A stretch of 62,986 nt of DNA, filler included, from Octopus bimaculoides (GCF_001194135.2; 5 parts of 5 records of this genome joined end to end with filler, not necessarily neighbours in it); one strand, 5' to 3'. Positions 36,168-49,780 are shown, counted from the first letter of the whole stretch. Notes: generated by a model not told the origin, from the sequence alone. Numbers and translations: made by a program.

Positions 36168-36629
36168 ACACACACAAAGGTAGTGAAGTTGAGCAATTTT
36201 CTTTCTCACTATACAAACTAATCTCTAATTTATCCAACTTTATGTTTAGCATCCTCCTTGTTCCTTTTTTAATGCAATCTTTCGAAAGTGTTTCTATTTC
36301 TATTATTTTCTTTGTTTTTATTCTTTTATTTTGTCTTGTTTGATTTGTTCCTCTCTTTCTTTTCCTCTATTTGCAGGTGCTCCTCTATCTAAGTGAACCA
36401 TATATGCGTATATTTGCAAACGTCAAGTCTATATTTGTGAGTACATGCATTAAGTAAATTTGTACATATCGGAGACCAATCAGTTTCTGTAAGCAGAGCT
36501 ATGGAAAAGGATACACATGCATACATACATACTTTACATTACATTATACATGTATATATACATGCTTGCATATGTATGTATATTTTTGTCTATCTATTAT
36601 CTCTCCGTGTATTTATGTATGTATGTATG

Positions 36630-36660
<31 letters not shown>

Positions 36661-37069
36661 CTATTTATTTATCAATCGATCGATCGATCCATACATCTGT
36701 CTATTTGTCTCTCTGAGGTCTGTCTATCTATCTACCTGCAATTCTATCTATCTATCTCTCTACCTATATATATATATATANNNNNNNNNNNNNNNNNNNN
36801 NNNNNNNNNNNNNNNNNNNNNNNNNNNNNNNNNNNNNNNNNNNNNNNNNNNNNNNNNNNNNNNNNNNNNNNNNNNNNNNNNNNNNNNNNNNNNNNNNNNN
36901 NNNNNNNNNNNNNNNNNNNNNNNNNNNNNNNNNNNNNNNNNNNNNNNNNNNNNNNNNNNNNNNNNNNNNNNNNNNNNNNNNNNNNNNNNNNNNNNNNNNN
37001 NNNTATATATGTACATATATATGCATATATATATATATATACACTCACATATGTGCGTGTGTGCGTTTG

Positions 37070-37200
37070 TGTCTATGTTTGTTCCCCCAATATCGATTGA
37101 CAACTGATGCTGGTGAGTTCAGGTCCCTGTAACTTAGTGGTTCGTCGAAAGAGAGCGACAGAATAAGTACTAGGCTTGCAAAAAGTAAGCCTCGGGGTCG
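37070..37200 (+). mobile_element. SINE family B 3' half
   Basis: GATTGACAACTGATGCTGGTG...GTAACTTAGTGGTTCG...AGAATAAGTACTAGGCTT...GGGGTCGA. Confidence 0.7.
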
Positions 37201-40145
37201 AAATGATATAAATAGGAAGTTAAGTATAATAAAAACGACAGCATCAATACTAATAATACCAAACTTTATCTTGAAATCAATAATGTAGATAATATTAGTG
37301 AACCTAAGTCAGCTGAAGAATTAGAATACTCCAATAAAAGTATAACAAAAACTCTCAATAATAGTCATCAACATAACATTAGCAAAAAATACGAAAATCA
37401 CAACTACAGTAAACATACTAATAAACTTAATCAATACGAACAGTATAACCATAACTTTACAAAAGGAAACAATTATATAAACTTTAGCAATTCCCACTTT
37501 ACTAACCACATTAATATTAATATTAATAAACCCAAGAATTCTGATAACAAACACCAAAACTGTATAATTAAAGATAAAAATAGGAACATTAATCCAATAA
37601 ACAGAAAAAATGAAAATAATCTTAACTCACCTAATTCCTTCAATAATATACATAACCATAGAACTCAAATTAATATAGATGGGAATAGAATAGCAAACAA
37701 GAAACCAATACCTTGTGTGAGAATAGCTGCAGACCCAAAAAAACACAACCCATCATTCTAATAAAGAAAACAGCAATAACACTACTTGGATCATAATCCC
37801 TTTTGCCAGACATCTAAAATCTAACTATAATGATAATAACCAGAACTCCATTTTCCTTAATAATTATAGACATAACATCATAGTACCACACACTAATTTA
37901 AATTGTAATTGTAGTGACCCAAATGCCTGTGAATAGATAGAAATTGTAAAATGAAAGAAGTTATATACCAAGCAACTATTATTACTCAGGACTCCTCTAG
38001 ATACATATATATATGGGTTGCACGAAAAATTCACTTAAATTGAGAATTTATAATCACAGATCTTTTTAGAGACCCTAGAAAAGAGAATAGCACAGGTCTA
38101 CCTAAAAAATTGGCACCTCAAAAGAAACAATATTAAATTCTCCATCTCTTGGAAAATCCTATTTCCTCCCCTTCTTACAGAAATAATAATAAAATTTATG
38201 GGCAGTGTTTGGAAGAAAGCTATAGTATATTGAGAATGAATGGAAATTTGGTTAATACTAGGGATGAAAAAGTTCTCATGTAAACACATGACCAAATTCC
38301 TATTTATCAATCTTAAATAATTCTTCACTACCCGCTTGCTTAGATTAGTTTTTGATGTTTTTTTTAATATTTCCATATATTATCTTTTCCTATGGAATAC
38401 GATTACTCATTACATCTACTTTACATCACTATATCTTACACTATGTTGACATTTTTTATTCAACATTTCCTTCTAACAGTTGCATGACCCACCATATATA
38501 GGGCTAACACTTTAGCTGTCTCGCCCTACACCTCCTTTTCTCTCAATATTTCTGTTTTTTAATTATCTTTCCTTAGTATATAATATACCTATAATTTTTT
38601 GTATTTTATTTTATTTGCATAATGTGTCCATTTAAGCCCCCTCAACATACCCATTCTAACTATTATTGGTTTACGTTACTTGTCACTATACCTGATAATT
38701 AAATATATTTTACTGCTGATATATGAAAACATGTATGCATATATAGTACTTCTGGTTGTATTACATGTCTACAACCATATGTGCATATCTAGGTATGGAT
38801 CTTATATGTCATCTGTGTGCGTATATTTATAATTTTCTGTTTATTTACTATATGTTGCCACTAACATGTATTCATTAATATGAACGTGTGTATCTGCGTA
38901 TATACGTATATTTCGCATACATATATATACTACTTGTTATGTGTGTGTATTTATATCTATATATGTGTGCTTTTTCTCTCTTTGCACCGGTCTGAGTATA
39001 TATATTTTTTTGTGCGGTGTTTCTTTTATGTATACCCAAAACAAAAAATACAACTAGAATTCCTATATCTATGTATACTAATGTACAAATATGCCTCTAC
39101 TCACGTATGAGTAAATATACAAACACTTATTTCTTTATATAAGATTATTTTTTCTATATGTATAAATTTTTTTGTATACTTATGTACACCCCTATACTCG
39201 TACCTTTTCTTATATTCATAATACACAATACTCTTCTATTACTTGAATATTAATACTACCCTAATACCATTAAATATCCCTCTCACATTATGCCAAGATA
39301 GTTTCTCACCTCATAAGTTTTATTTATACTAAAACATAGTTACTGTATAACCTGTATAACCTGTATAACCTGTATATAAATACATATAATAAACCCTTTA
39401 TTTACTGTTTTTATTTCCAGCTCATTTATCTCCCCTACATTGATTTTATTTTTCCGTATTCCAACTTTCATTATCTATTTCAACTTCGCTTTTTTCGTCT
39501 TCATGGCCACAGCAAGTATTTACTTTCTAAATTTTAATATTAACTATTTTTTTCTGTTTTTACTTATTTTTCTGCCTTATATTTAATACATACTAATGAA
39601 TATTAGTTCTTATACAAACATAAGTTCATCTTACGCATCTTATTTTCTCTTTAACCCTTTTTACTTCTCTAACACTTGTTTACGTTAACTATCTAGTAAC
39701 TCATTATACACTATCTCCTCTAGATTAACTTCATTCTCATGTATAATTTTTTTAAGTATACGCCACACTAAGTAATGTTTTTAATTGTCAGGTCATATCT
39801 TAATTTAAATATAGCCATGCCTTTCCATTGGACATTTCTATACAATTTTGGCTTATTTGGAGTTAAAATTTCTAATCTCCTCTGAAACCATTTTTACTTA
39901 TATTTTCAAATAACCGTTATACCTTTTAGTTACCTAACTGAACTCATATAAGGATAAATATGTATCTCCTAGATTATACTCTGCTCTTTCCTTTCTCAAG
40001 TTCTTTGTAAAAATTTTGTTCATACTTCTTGCACTGAAAGGTACAAGGATATATAATTAAATTATTAAATTAATTTAATGTAATTCAATTCAATCATGAA
40101 TTTGCACTATTTTTATATCTCTGTACGAAACGATCGTCTGCATGA
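37200..40145 (+). mobile_element. Penelope-like element family 2: Asn-rich linker, GIY-YIG relic (37900-38320), long AT-rich 3' region ending in a hammerhead
   Basis: NCNCSDPNAC..CKMKEVIYQATI, YMGCTK...RIYNH.SF, RKENSTGL, WHLKRNNIKFSISWKIL, QCLEE..IL..LVNTR.E, CKH. Outer boundaries are approximate. Confidence 0.7.
40030..40142 (+). ncRNA. Hammerhead ribozyme with very long stem II and a damaged core (CTGAAAG instead of CTGANGA)
   Basis: TGCA-CTGAAAG-GTACAAGGATATA...TATATCTCTGTAC-GAAA-CGATCG-TC-TGCA. Confidence 0.65.
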
Positions 40146-40366
40146 ATTAAAATTCTCTTGTATATTTCAACATCTTCTCTTCTCCATTTTTAATAAAATC
40201 GTTCAGTTTTATGGGATTTCTTTCCATAAATTCACAACATATATACAAGTATTATTCATATTCGCAAATTTACGCCTCTCAACGTGAGATACATTACAAT
40301 TATGTTAATTTTTGTATACACATATTAAACATTTCTCCAAAAGCAATTTCTATTACCTTTAATTTG

Positions 40367-40463
40367 GAAGAAGAAGAAGAAGAAGAAGAAGAAGAAGAAG
40401 AAGAAGAAGAAGAAGAAGAAGAAGAAGAAGAAGAAGAAGAAGAAGAAGAAGAAGAAGAAGAAG
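40367..40463 (+). repeat. (GAA)n microsatellite; similar tract at about 53770-53856
   Basis: Direct reading; source of the poly-E/S/F ORFs. Confidence 0.95.
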
Positions 40464-40474
40464 GTAGATATATA

Positions 40475-40960
<486 letters not shown>

Positions 40961-41229
40961 ATATGTACAAATGAATAAATACACCGGTCAACAAAATTAA
41001 ATGTATTAAACTCATTATGAATGCAAACCAACGTTTTGAGACCAATCTTCCATGCTGGTTTCAAAATTTCACTCCATTTGTATGCAGCACGTATCAGTTT
41101 TTCAGTAGATACATACAATTATTTACACATTTGTATATATGAAATCATTAACGGAATAAGTAAGGACATATTTTTAGAAAGTAAATGAGTTTACTGGGTT
41201 ATAACTCATCACTTTCAGTCTACAAACAG

Positions 41230-42230
41230 TGAATACACAAAAATGGGTCAGACAAAACAGACAACGTTAGAACAACAGAGTTAGAAACATTGTGATTTGG
41301 ATTTCCTGCAGTATTTCTGATCTGGTATTCCTGATCATGGTAAAGTGTCCAGCAGTAGTCAGTCAGCATACTGTCATTCCAAGAAGCCTTGATACCGTTT
41401 CTCCATAGCACTAATGTCATGGTGAAATCTTTCACCATGTTCATCAGATACTGCTAAGAAATCCAGATGAGAGTCCAAGAAGTGAACTTTCAGTGACATG
41501 CGACAACCCATTCCTGAGTAACATTTCAGAAGATTCTTGATGCCATCCTTGAGTCCATTGCCTTCTTGTTGCTCAAGATATTCTCACAGATCCAATTGAA
41601 GGCATTCCAGGCAGGCAGTTCCAGTTCATCCAGTGTTATTTATTTATTGCCCACAAGGGGCTACACACAGAGGGGACAAACAAGGACAGACAAACTGATT
41701 AAATCGATTATATCGACCCCAGTGCGTAACTGGTATTTATTTAATCGACCCCGAAAGGATGAAAGGCAAAGTCGACCTCGGCGGAATTTGAACTCAGAAC
41801 GTAGCGGGCAGACGAAATACCGCTAAGCATTTCGCCCGGTGTGCTAACGGTTCTGCCAGCTCGCCGCCACAGTCCATCCAGTGTTGTCTTCAAGTTAGTT
41901 AACATCTTTGAGTACTTCGCAAATTTGAGGTCCGACAAAGATACCTTCTTTCAACTTCGCCTGTGAGATTTTGGGGAGAAACTTTTCTACAATATACTCA
42001 AACTCTCTGGCATTTCTCTTCCCTGGTGTCTTTACAAACTGTTTCATCAGTGCAAGCTTTATGTGCAAAGGAGGCAATAGCACATACATGGATCTACAAG
42101 AGGTGTATTCTTGACGCTAGACAATCCTGGTTGGTACGATGTTCTTGTTAGCCAGTTTAATTCCGATTTATATCTTCCCGTTGGCCGACTATCCCATAGG
42201 CACAAGAAACTTCATACCATAGGCAATAGT
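41230..42230 (-). mobile_element. Chapaev3-like (CMC superfamily) DNA transposase relic, interrupted by a SINE
   Basis: FLCLWDSR..W..R..PG...PLVDP, VLLPPLHIKL.LMKQFVK, KISQAKLKEGIFVGPQI, AWNAF.W.CENIL.N.K, GCRMSLKVHFLDSHLDF..VSDEHGERFH.DI..MEKRYQG.WNDSML.DYCW. The transposase nature is clear; the superfamily name is from motif recall. Confidence 0.75.
41638..41869 (-). mobile_element. SINE family A, full length, with 16-bp target-site duplication
   Basis: Head GGCGGCGAGCTGGCAGAACCGTTAGC, B box GAGTTCAAATTCC, tail AATAAATAAATAA. TSD CAGTTCATCCAGTGTT (41622-41637) / CAGTCCATCCAGTGTT (41870-41885). Confidence 0.92.
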
Positions 42231-42334
42231 ATGAAGTAAAAGTTCCATATTCTCATATGATTATGGAGAAGTACACCTTCTATACGTTGTATATATATAA
42301 CCTTTCTTCTTCTTCTTCTAATTATTATTATTAT

Positions 42335-42429
<95 letters not shown>

Positions 42430-42600
42430 GACGGCGAACTGGCAGAATAATGCTTAGCGACATTTCATCCGTCTTTACGTTCTGAGTTCAAATTCTGCCG
42501 AGGTCGACTTTGCCTTTCATTCTTTCGAGGTCGATAAATTAAGTACCAGTGTTCCCTCCCTCCAAAGTTCTGGCTTTGATCCTTTAGTAGAAAGGATTAT
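42430..42600 (+). mobile_element. SINE family A with internal deletions, embedded in (TAT)n/(TAG)n
   Basis: GACGGCGAACTGGCAGAA...GAGTTCAAATTCTGCCGAGGTCGACTTTGCC. Confidence 0.8.
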
Positions 42601-42608
42601 TATTATTA

Positions 42609-42666
<58 letters not shown>

Positions 42667-42754
42667 CATTATTATTAATTGAACAGTTTGATTCGCTTAC
42701 ATTTGTCTAAAAGGGCCCAAAACTAATCTTAAAGCTCATTCGAATATAATGATA

Positions 42755-43210
42755 ACTATGAGATTGGAATCTGCGGGTTGATGCATGTGCACGTACAGTT
42801 CTTTGTTGGAAACCTGAAGGTACCATCTGATGTTCTCGATGGTTCTTAGGGCTCCGATATCGATCCGTCGATCTTCTTTGCTAGGGTCTTTGGGAGGTGT
42901 TGGGACGTACATGCCTTTCATCTCCCACTGGATCATCCCACCAAGGCTTTATTCTCGTTCGACGCTGCAGCTGCGGGCTGCAAAGGGCCTCGGGGCAGAC
43001 CCACGCCAGATGGTTGGGCGTGAATAAGGAAGATATCCAGAAGCTCGACAGCATCTTGGGGGATGCAGAGGAGCTGGCATGGAACGCCAAGAAGGGAAGA
43101 GGAGCACTGCTGGACTTGGTCTGCTCTACACACGAGCACACCTCTGGGGCCGCTAACCTGGGAGGATCCCAGCGTCATTGAGCAAGAACATGAAGCAAGC
43201 AGCAAGCAAG
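42755..43210 (+). mobile_element. RTE-clade LINE 3' end with an inverted 5' segment (about 42755-42893 reads on -)
   Basis: Minus: KTLAKKIDG.D..ALRTIENIRW..VSNKELY...QP..SNLI. Plus from about 42895: (RW.GH)..LPLDHPTKAL.SFD...G.K.PRGRP.ARWL...EDIQKL...L.DAEELA..LL.LV.STH, then a CAAG-repeat tail. Confidence 0.8.
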
Positions 43211-43728
43211 TATTTGATGATTCACTCCCCCTCTTTTATCAAAATATGTCGGTTGCAAATCTGTGCACACACGCACGCACACGCACGCACGTACGCACGT
43301 ACGCGCGCGCACAAACACACACATACATACTCACATACAAGCACCCATATGGTGAAATTGTGTCGCCGTAACCTAAAACTCACTGTTATATAAAACGTGT
43401 CACTAACAGTGACGTTTTAGAAGATTATACGGGATAATTAGAGATGTTAATTATATACCGGTTATTAATAATTCTGTGTTAGCAATTAAAGATAGGAAAA
43501 AAATAGTTGTAAATGAGGGAGTGAAATTCTGTGTTTGTGACTATATATAACACGTGACGTGTGTAGGCTTCACATTCACTCATTCTTGTATGTATGTATG
43601 TATGTATGTATATATATATATATATATANNNNNNNNNNNNNNNNNNNNNNNNNNNNNNNNNNNNNNNNNNNNTTAATTAATTAANNNNNNNNNNNNNNNN
43701 NNNNNNNNNNNNNNNNNNNNNNNNNNNN

Positions 43729-43771
<43 letters not shown>

Positions 43772-45710
43772 ATATATATATATATATATATGTTATTTTA
43801 AACTGAAACATTACTCAATGCTATTTCTGTTAAAGAATTATATGTATGTATGTATGTGTGTGTGTGTATGTGTGAGTGTGAGAGTGAATGTGTGTGTGTA
43901 TGTGTGTGTGTGTGTGTACGTATATATATATGCATACATATGATTATCTCTATGCCTTGCCAACGAACACAATTCATGTAATTCCCTGATGAGACTCAAG
44001 AAGATCGAAACATGTCCACTGTTTCCACCGTTTTATTTTTGAAGACAGGAACCAAACCAATTCCTTGGAACATAAATAAAAACACTCTAGTTGCTATCTC
44101 GTTATTTCTAAAAAAAAATTACAATAACTGATATTATTGAAGTTAACTCTTTAAAATTTTTATTTTAGACATCGTTTAAAGGTTTTGTCTTATAATTGCA
44201 AAGATGTCTGAGTTAATTGAATTTATTCAACGCATTGTATTAGATACATGAAACTATTCACCTATGCAAACACACAGCCAGGCCGAAATAACCTTTTCTC
44301 ACCTAAAAGCACGCATACAGAAACGCGTGCGCGCGCACTCACGCACATATACATGTCCGGAGTCCCGTACATGCAGCCATAGAAACTCTTGAATACACAT
44401 TCATAAACAAAACTCACTCCAGCACATACACATCCTGGCAAACAGAGAGTAACTCTCTCATGCTAAAACACACATTTACACACATACGCATTCGTGCACA
44501 CACACACACAGACATACACATCCATACATGTAGACATGTTAAATATTTCAGACGTTGTTAATAAACCGGTGGAAAGTTACTGCACCAATCTACCATAAAC
44601 TATGATGTTATCATTGATGGTCTCTGTGTTTGTGTAAAGTATCTGATATTTGACGTAATTTTAGCTTCCTCTGGTCGCAGGCAGCTTTTGGATAATTAAT
44701 GGGCCGAATTCACAATGAAACAAAAACATTAATACAAACGTCTAACATCGTCTGGTTTTGTCTGATGAGCGGAGCAGACAATTTGTTCAGATCAGGACAT
44801 TGCTACAGGATGTATTGATAAGTGTTAAACGCTAATAATAATATAATTCTCTCTTTCAAGATCGATAAAATAAAGGTCACTCTCATTGATTTCTGACACA
44901 AACATACGAGAACATGTTATTTGTGAAAGAGCAAGTGTATTTTGTGATGTTCATGCTTTGTCCAAGAGCGACAGCTTTGGAACTTCAGCTCGGAATGGAA
45001 TACCGAATACCATATGTTAATTTTTGTGGAGATTATAGAATAACATTTTTTTTTCCGTATACAAACTAAGCACTCAACGAAAAACATTAGGATTTAACTA
45101 GATACGTTCTAGTTTAGCTCGACGTTCGTGTGGCAATTACACCTTCCTTTAGTGCATTAAATATGTAAGAGCAAGTAAATTATCGTTTGTGCGTTTCAGC
45201 GTGGGGCAAAGATGTAATGGAGTGAATCTATTCCAGTTCATTAACTTGTATGTAGCGATCGCTCCATGTGGATGAAAAGTTGCATAATCGTTGGTACGAG
45301 TTGACATCAGAATGAAGAGATAAGTGGAAGGATTGGTGGTGTATCAAGTATAAATAATATATAGGTATGAAAGCAACATGTATACGGACAAGTATGGAAC
45401 CTGCTTTCCGGATATTGATAGTCAGGAACCGCTTATAATCCGCACTAATTTGACTAATGTACTCTTGCTGTTATTTTATTTAAGTATTTAAATAAATTTA
45501 ATATTTGTTTAATTTAGAATGAGTTGATCAAGGTGACCACCTCTGGTCCGGAAAAGGAAATATTATCCGGAAAGGCTTTGAAAAAAATGTATTCTTGTTT
45601 GAACCTACATATGTGTGTGTGTGTTTGTGCGTATGGATGTGTGTGTGTGTGTTTGTGCGTATGGATGTGTGTGAAAATATGTAGATATATATATAATATA
45701 AATAAAATAC

Positions 45711-45753
<43 letters not shown>

Positions 45754-45754
45754 A

Positions 45755-45786
<32 letters not shown>

Positions 45787-45947
45787 GCATATATACATAC
45801 ATATAAGTACGTACATACATACTGACATATGCATATATATATGTGCATATATGGGTACACCACGTCACAAAACGTAAACATGAAACACGAAGACAAGTAA
45901 CATAAAGAACGACGCTTCAGTTGTCGGCTGTCCATCCTCATTTCGAG

Positions 45948-46037
<90 letters not shown>

Positions 46038-46344
46038 ATACTAAACTACCAGCATATCCTATACCTACCTAACAAAAGGACACATACACACTTGCTTACA
46101 GAGCTCTACATACATGAATAACTTTTAGCTTCTGGCTGATCCAAAATTTAGAGTAGCACGAAATTTCTAGCATAGAATCGAGGTCAGAAATTAGTAGAGA
46201 AAAGCCAGTCAATGGAATTCACCGCAAAACCCAACACGTAGTTTGTTTTAACGATTCTGGAGTCGATGAAAAGCGAAGGGGTCCTCGGTGGGGCTGAATC
46301 CTAGAATGCAAAAATCTGGATCCCATACTGCTCCTGTGTTCGAT

Positions 46345-46850
46345 CCTCAAAACAGGAAAAGCTAATAAAAAAAGCCAAAGTTGGCATCCTCAATTTAGTG
46401 TGCGTGCCTATACCCATATGTAATCGTGAATGTTGGGTAAAGAAAGAAAGAGTCTGATCGCGAGTAAAAGTGTCTGGAAAAGGGTTACTCGACAGAGTGC
46501 ATACCTCGGGGATCTGAGAATCTCTCCGGGTTGAGTCGCTGCTTCTCTGCATTGTGATTCCACAGCTCGGTATTTGAGGCATGTGGTTAGAATGTCATAT
46601 GAAAGGATTTAAGTTATTCTTCCAACCATGCCAACTGGCAGGGGACCAAGGATTAGATAAACAATGAGTTGGTTGGCTAGTATCCATAGTTTTAGCTGGT
46701 CACGTTTGGGAATCCAGTAAAACAATATAATGTCGGTTACGTATGATAGAATCCTATGCACTAAGGTGCTTGGGGACCCTATCACCACGCCTCTCCCAAG
46801 AATAGGGGCGGGGGCAAAGAAAATGGGTGGATAGTGTTGCAATTATTTTA
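46345..46850 (+). mobile_element. RTE-clade LINE 3' fragment
   Basis: KKAKVGILN.V.VPI..C..ECWV.KERV.SRV, ESLRVESLLL.I...QL.YL.HVVRM..ER, PTGRGPRIR. Matches the RTE RT C-terminal pattern. Confidence 0.7.
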
Positions 46851-46924
46851 AATGACATAGAATTTAGAAGGGACAAAGATGTGGAAGTCCCACGATGCAG
46901 CATTAAAAACAGATATCTAGGTTA

Positions 46925-47115
46925 CTCTTTTACTTGTTTTAGTCATTTGACTGCGGCCATGCTGGAGAACTGCCTTTAGTCGAGCAAATCGACCCCAGGA
47001 CTTATTCTTTGTAAGCCTAGTACTTATTCTATCGGTATAAGAATTTGAACTCGGAAAGTAAAAACGGATGAAATATCGCCAAGCATTTTGTCCGGTGTGC
47101 TAACCAATATGCCAG
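46925..47115 (-). mobile_element. SINE family B 3' part (46925-47035) joined to a SINE family A 5' part (47036-47115)
   Basis: TTTGACTGCGGCCATGCTGGAG...GACCCCAGGACTTATTC; GAATTTGAACTC...AAGCATTTTGTCCGGTGTGCTAAC. Confidence 0.75.
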
Positions 47116-48649
47116 NNNNNNNNNNNNNNNNNNNNNNNNNNNNNNNNNNNNNNNNNNNNNNNNNNNNNNNNNNNNNNNNNNNNNNNNNNNNNNNNNNNNN
47201 NNNNNNNNNNNNNNNNNNNNNNNNNNNNNNNNNNNNNNNNNNNNNNNNNNNNNNNNNNNNNNNNNNNNNNNNNNNNNNNNNNNNNNNNNNNNNNNNNNNN
47301 NNNNNNNNNNNNNNNNNNNNNNNNNNNNNNNNNNNNNNNNNNNNNNNNNNNNNNNNNNNNNNNNNNNNNNNNNNNNNNNNNNNNNNNNNNNNNNNNNNNN
47401 NNNNNNNTATATATATATATATATATATATATTAACATATTTGTATATGTATATTTTATATAACTGAACATAATGCAACGTAAGTAAATTTTAATATTTT
47501 CCATTTGTATCTCTTTAAAAGTACATAATATATCTCTGGTTGATGTACGAATAAATTTATTAGTTTTTTTTCTGGTAATAACACAGAGAGATCAAAGTTA
47601 TTTCTACATCAAACTTTAAAATGTTTTTTTCTCAATAGACCGTCTGTCTACACTACATTTTGAAAGTCATGAAATTATGAAACAGGTAAATATAAATATA
47701 TCTTTTTAAACACTCCAAGTGCATTTTAAACTTCTTTTCTTAATACATATTTAAATTTTCTTTTCTGAAATACATTTGGTAATGAATATACCTAGAGATT
47801 TCTTTTATCATAAAAGCTAAACAGGAAATAACACAAATTCGTATTGAAATAAACTGTTAGATTGCAAATTCTATCTCTAATTCATTCATATGTTTTAATA
47901 GACTATATAAGATCAATTGCGAGTAAAACAGAATAAAAACATATTTCAAACGATTAAATCTAGAAAACTGCAATTGAACAATAACGATCTTGTGTTATAT
48001 ATTTGTTTTAAAATGTTTGTATTAAAATATAAATATTTAAATAGGTGTGTGTTGAGAGTATGTTTAGACGTAAGCAACTAACCTCATTTTTCAGCTCCAG
48101 GAGTGACAATGATATACATCCATCGATGATAGGTTCTCCCCATTTACCATTGTTGTCTGCGGTTCTCATACAGGGTCGAATTGCGGAGTCTGCCAATAGA
48201 AGAAAACAAAAGAAGTGGCTTCAGTAATGAATGATATTTTCTTTGGCCAAAATCTTCATAGGATTCATCAATTTAGTTTCAAACAGAAATAAAACATCTG
48301 AAATTTATAAGGGAAAGAATAATTAATTATGTTGACCCCAGCAACAGACTGATACTTATTTTGTATGAAAAGAAAAATCGGCCCCAGCGGAACTTGAACT
48401 TAGAAAGCAAATTATCAAAATTAAAGATGCCAAATGTATTTACTTCAGCCAACATTTTAACAAATCTGCAAAACGGCAACGTTTCGTTCAATCAGTGAAA
48501 TAAATCAACGTGGATCCTAATTTAGTACATTCATGAGTAACCACTAGGCAATATAGGTGCGATGCACATCCTTTATTTAAATAGTGGTGCCCCAGCATGG
48601 GCATAAGCTCTGGCTGAAACCGATAACAAACTAATATTCTTTTATCCTT

Positions 48650-49075
48650 TTATTCTTTTACTTATTTCAGTCAGTTGACTGCAGCCATGCTGGAGCACCG
48701 CCTTTAGTCGAGCAAATCGACCCTAGGACTTATTGTTCGTAAGCATAGTACTTATTCTATCGGTGTCCTTTTGCCGAACCGCTAAGTTACAGGGACGTAA
48801 ACACACCAGCATCGATTGTCATGCGATGGTGGAGGACAAACACAGACAGACAGACATACATACGCACACATACATACATACATATCTATATATATGAGTG
48901 TGTGTGCATATACCACGGGCTTCTTTCAGTTTCCGTCTACCAAATCCACTCACAAGGCTTTGGTCGACCCGAGGCTATAGTAGAAGATACTTGCCCAAGG
49001 TGCCACGCAGTAGCACTGAACCCGGAACCATGTGGCTGGTAAGCAAAGCTACTTACAACATAGCCGCTCCTGCTC
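48650..49075 (-). mobile_element. SINE family B, full length
   Basis: Reverse complement of 40475-40960 with a short internal microsatellite. Confidence 0.9.
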
Positions 49076-49584
49076 CTAATATAAATGATAATATAAATAT
49101 TTAATATGAAAATTATTTCGTTATGAAATATAATACTTTATATTATTTATATGAAGATATTATCATAAATACATAATATATAAACCATAAATCAATGAGT
49201 ACGTATAAAAAATGATTTACATCTATTTAGTATTCAAGCACATGGACGAGCAAATAGTGTTGGAAGTTATATCACTTTGTTTTAAAAGAATACAACGTAT
49301 TTTGATGTTAATTCCGGTTGCACAGATAATACGCTAGAATGGTCAGTTCTCTTTTGTCATAGATACCATGTCTGTTGAAGCATTATTTTAGTTGATGAGT
49401 ATTCTGTTTGCTCGGAAACATTGAACTGGAATTATCCCAGAAAAAATAAAGAGAAACGTTAGAAGCATAAATTTACGTAGTACGTCCAAGCTTCCAGTTG
49501 GAAACAGAAATATGCCTGGCAGTTACACCATTACTACACTTCCCTGACGAATAATGACAATGAGCTCATTTATAGTAGTTTCAA

Positions 49585-49780
49585 ATTATGGCACAAGGCC
49601 AGCGTTTTCGGAGGGGAGGGTGTAAGTCGATGGTGCTTATTTCATTGATACTTATTTTATCGATCCAGAAAGGATGCAAGACAAAGTCGACCACTGCGGA
49701 ATTTAAACTCAGTGCGTAAAGTTGGACGTAATGCTGCCAAGCATCTCGTCCGAAGTGCTTACGATTCTGCCAGCTCGCTG
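49585..49780 (-). mobile_element. SINE family A, diverged
   Basis: GGCACAAGGCC...GAAAGGATGCAAGACAAAGTCGACC...ACGATTCTGCCAGCTCGC. Confidence 0.7.
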
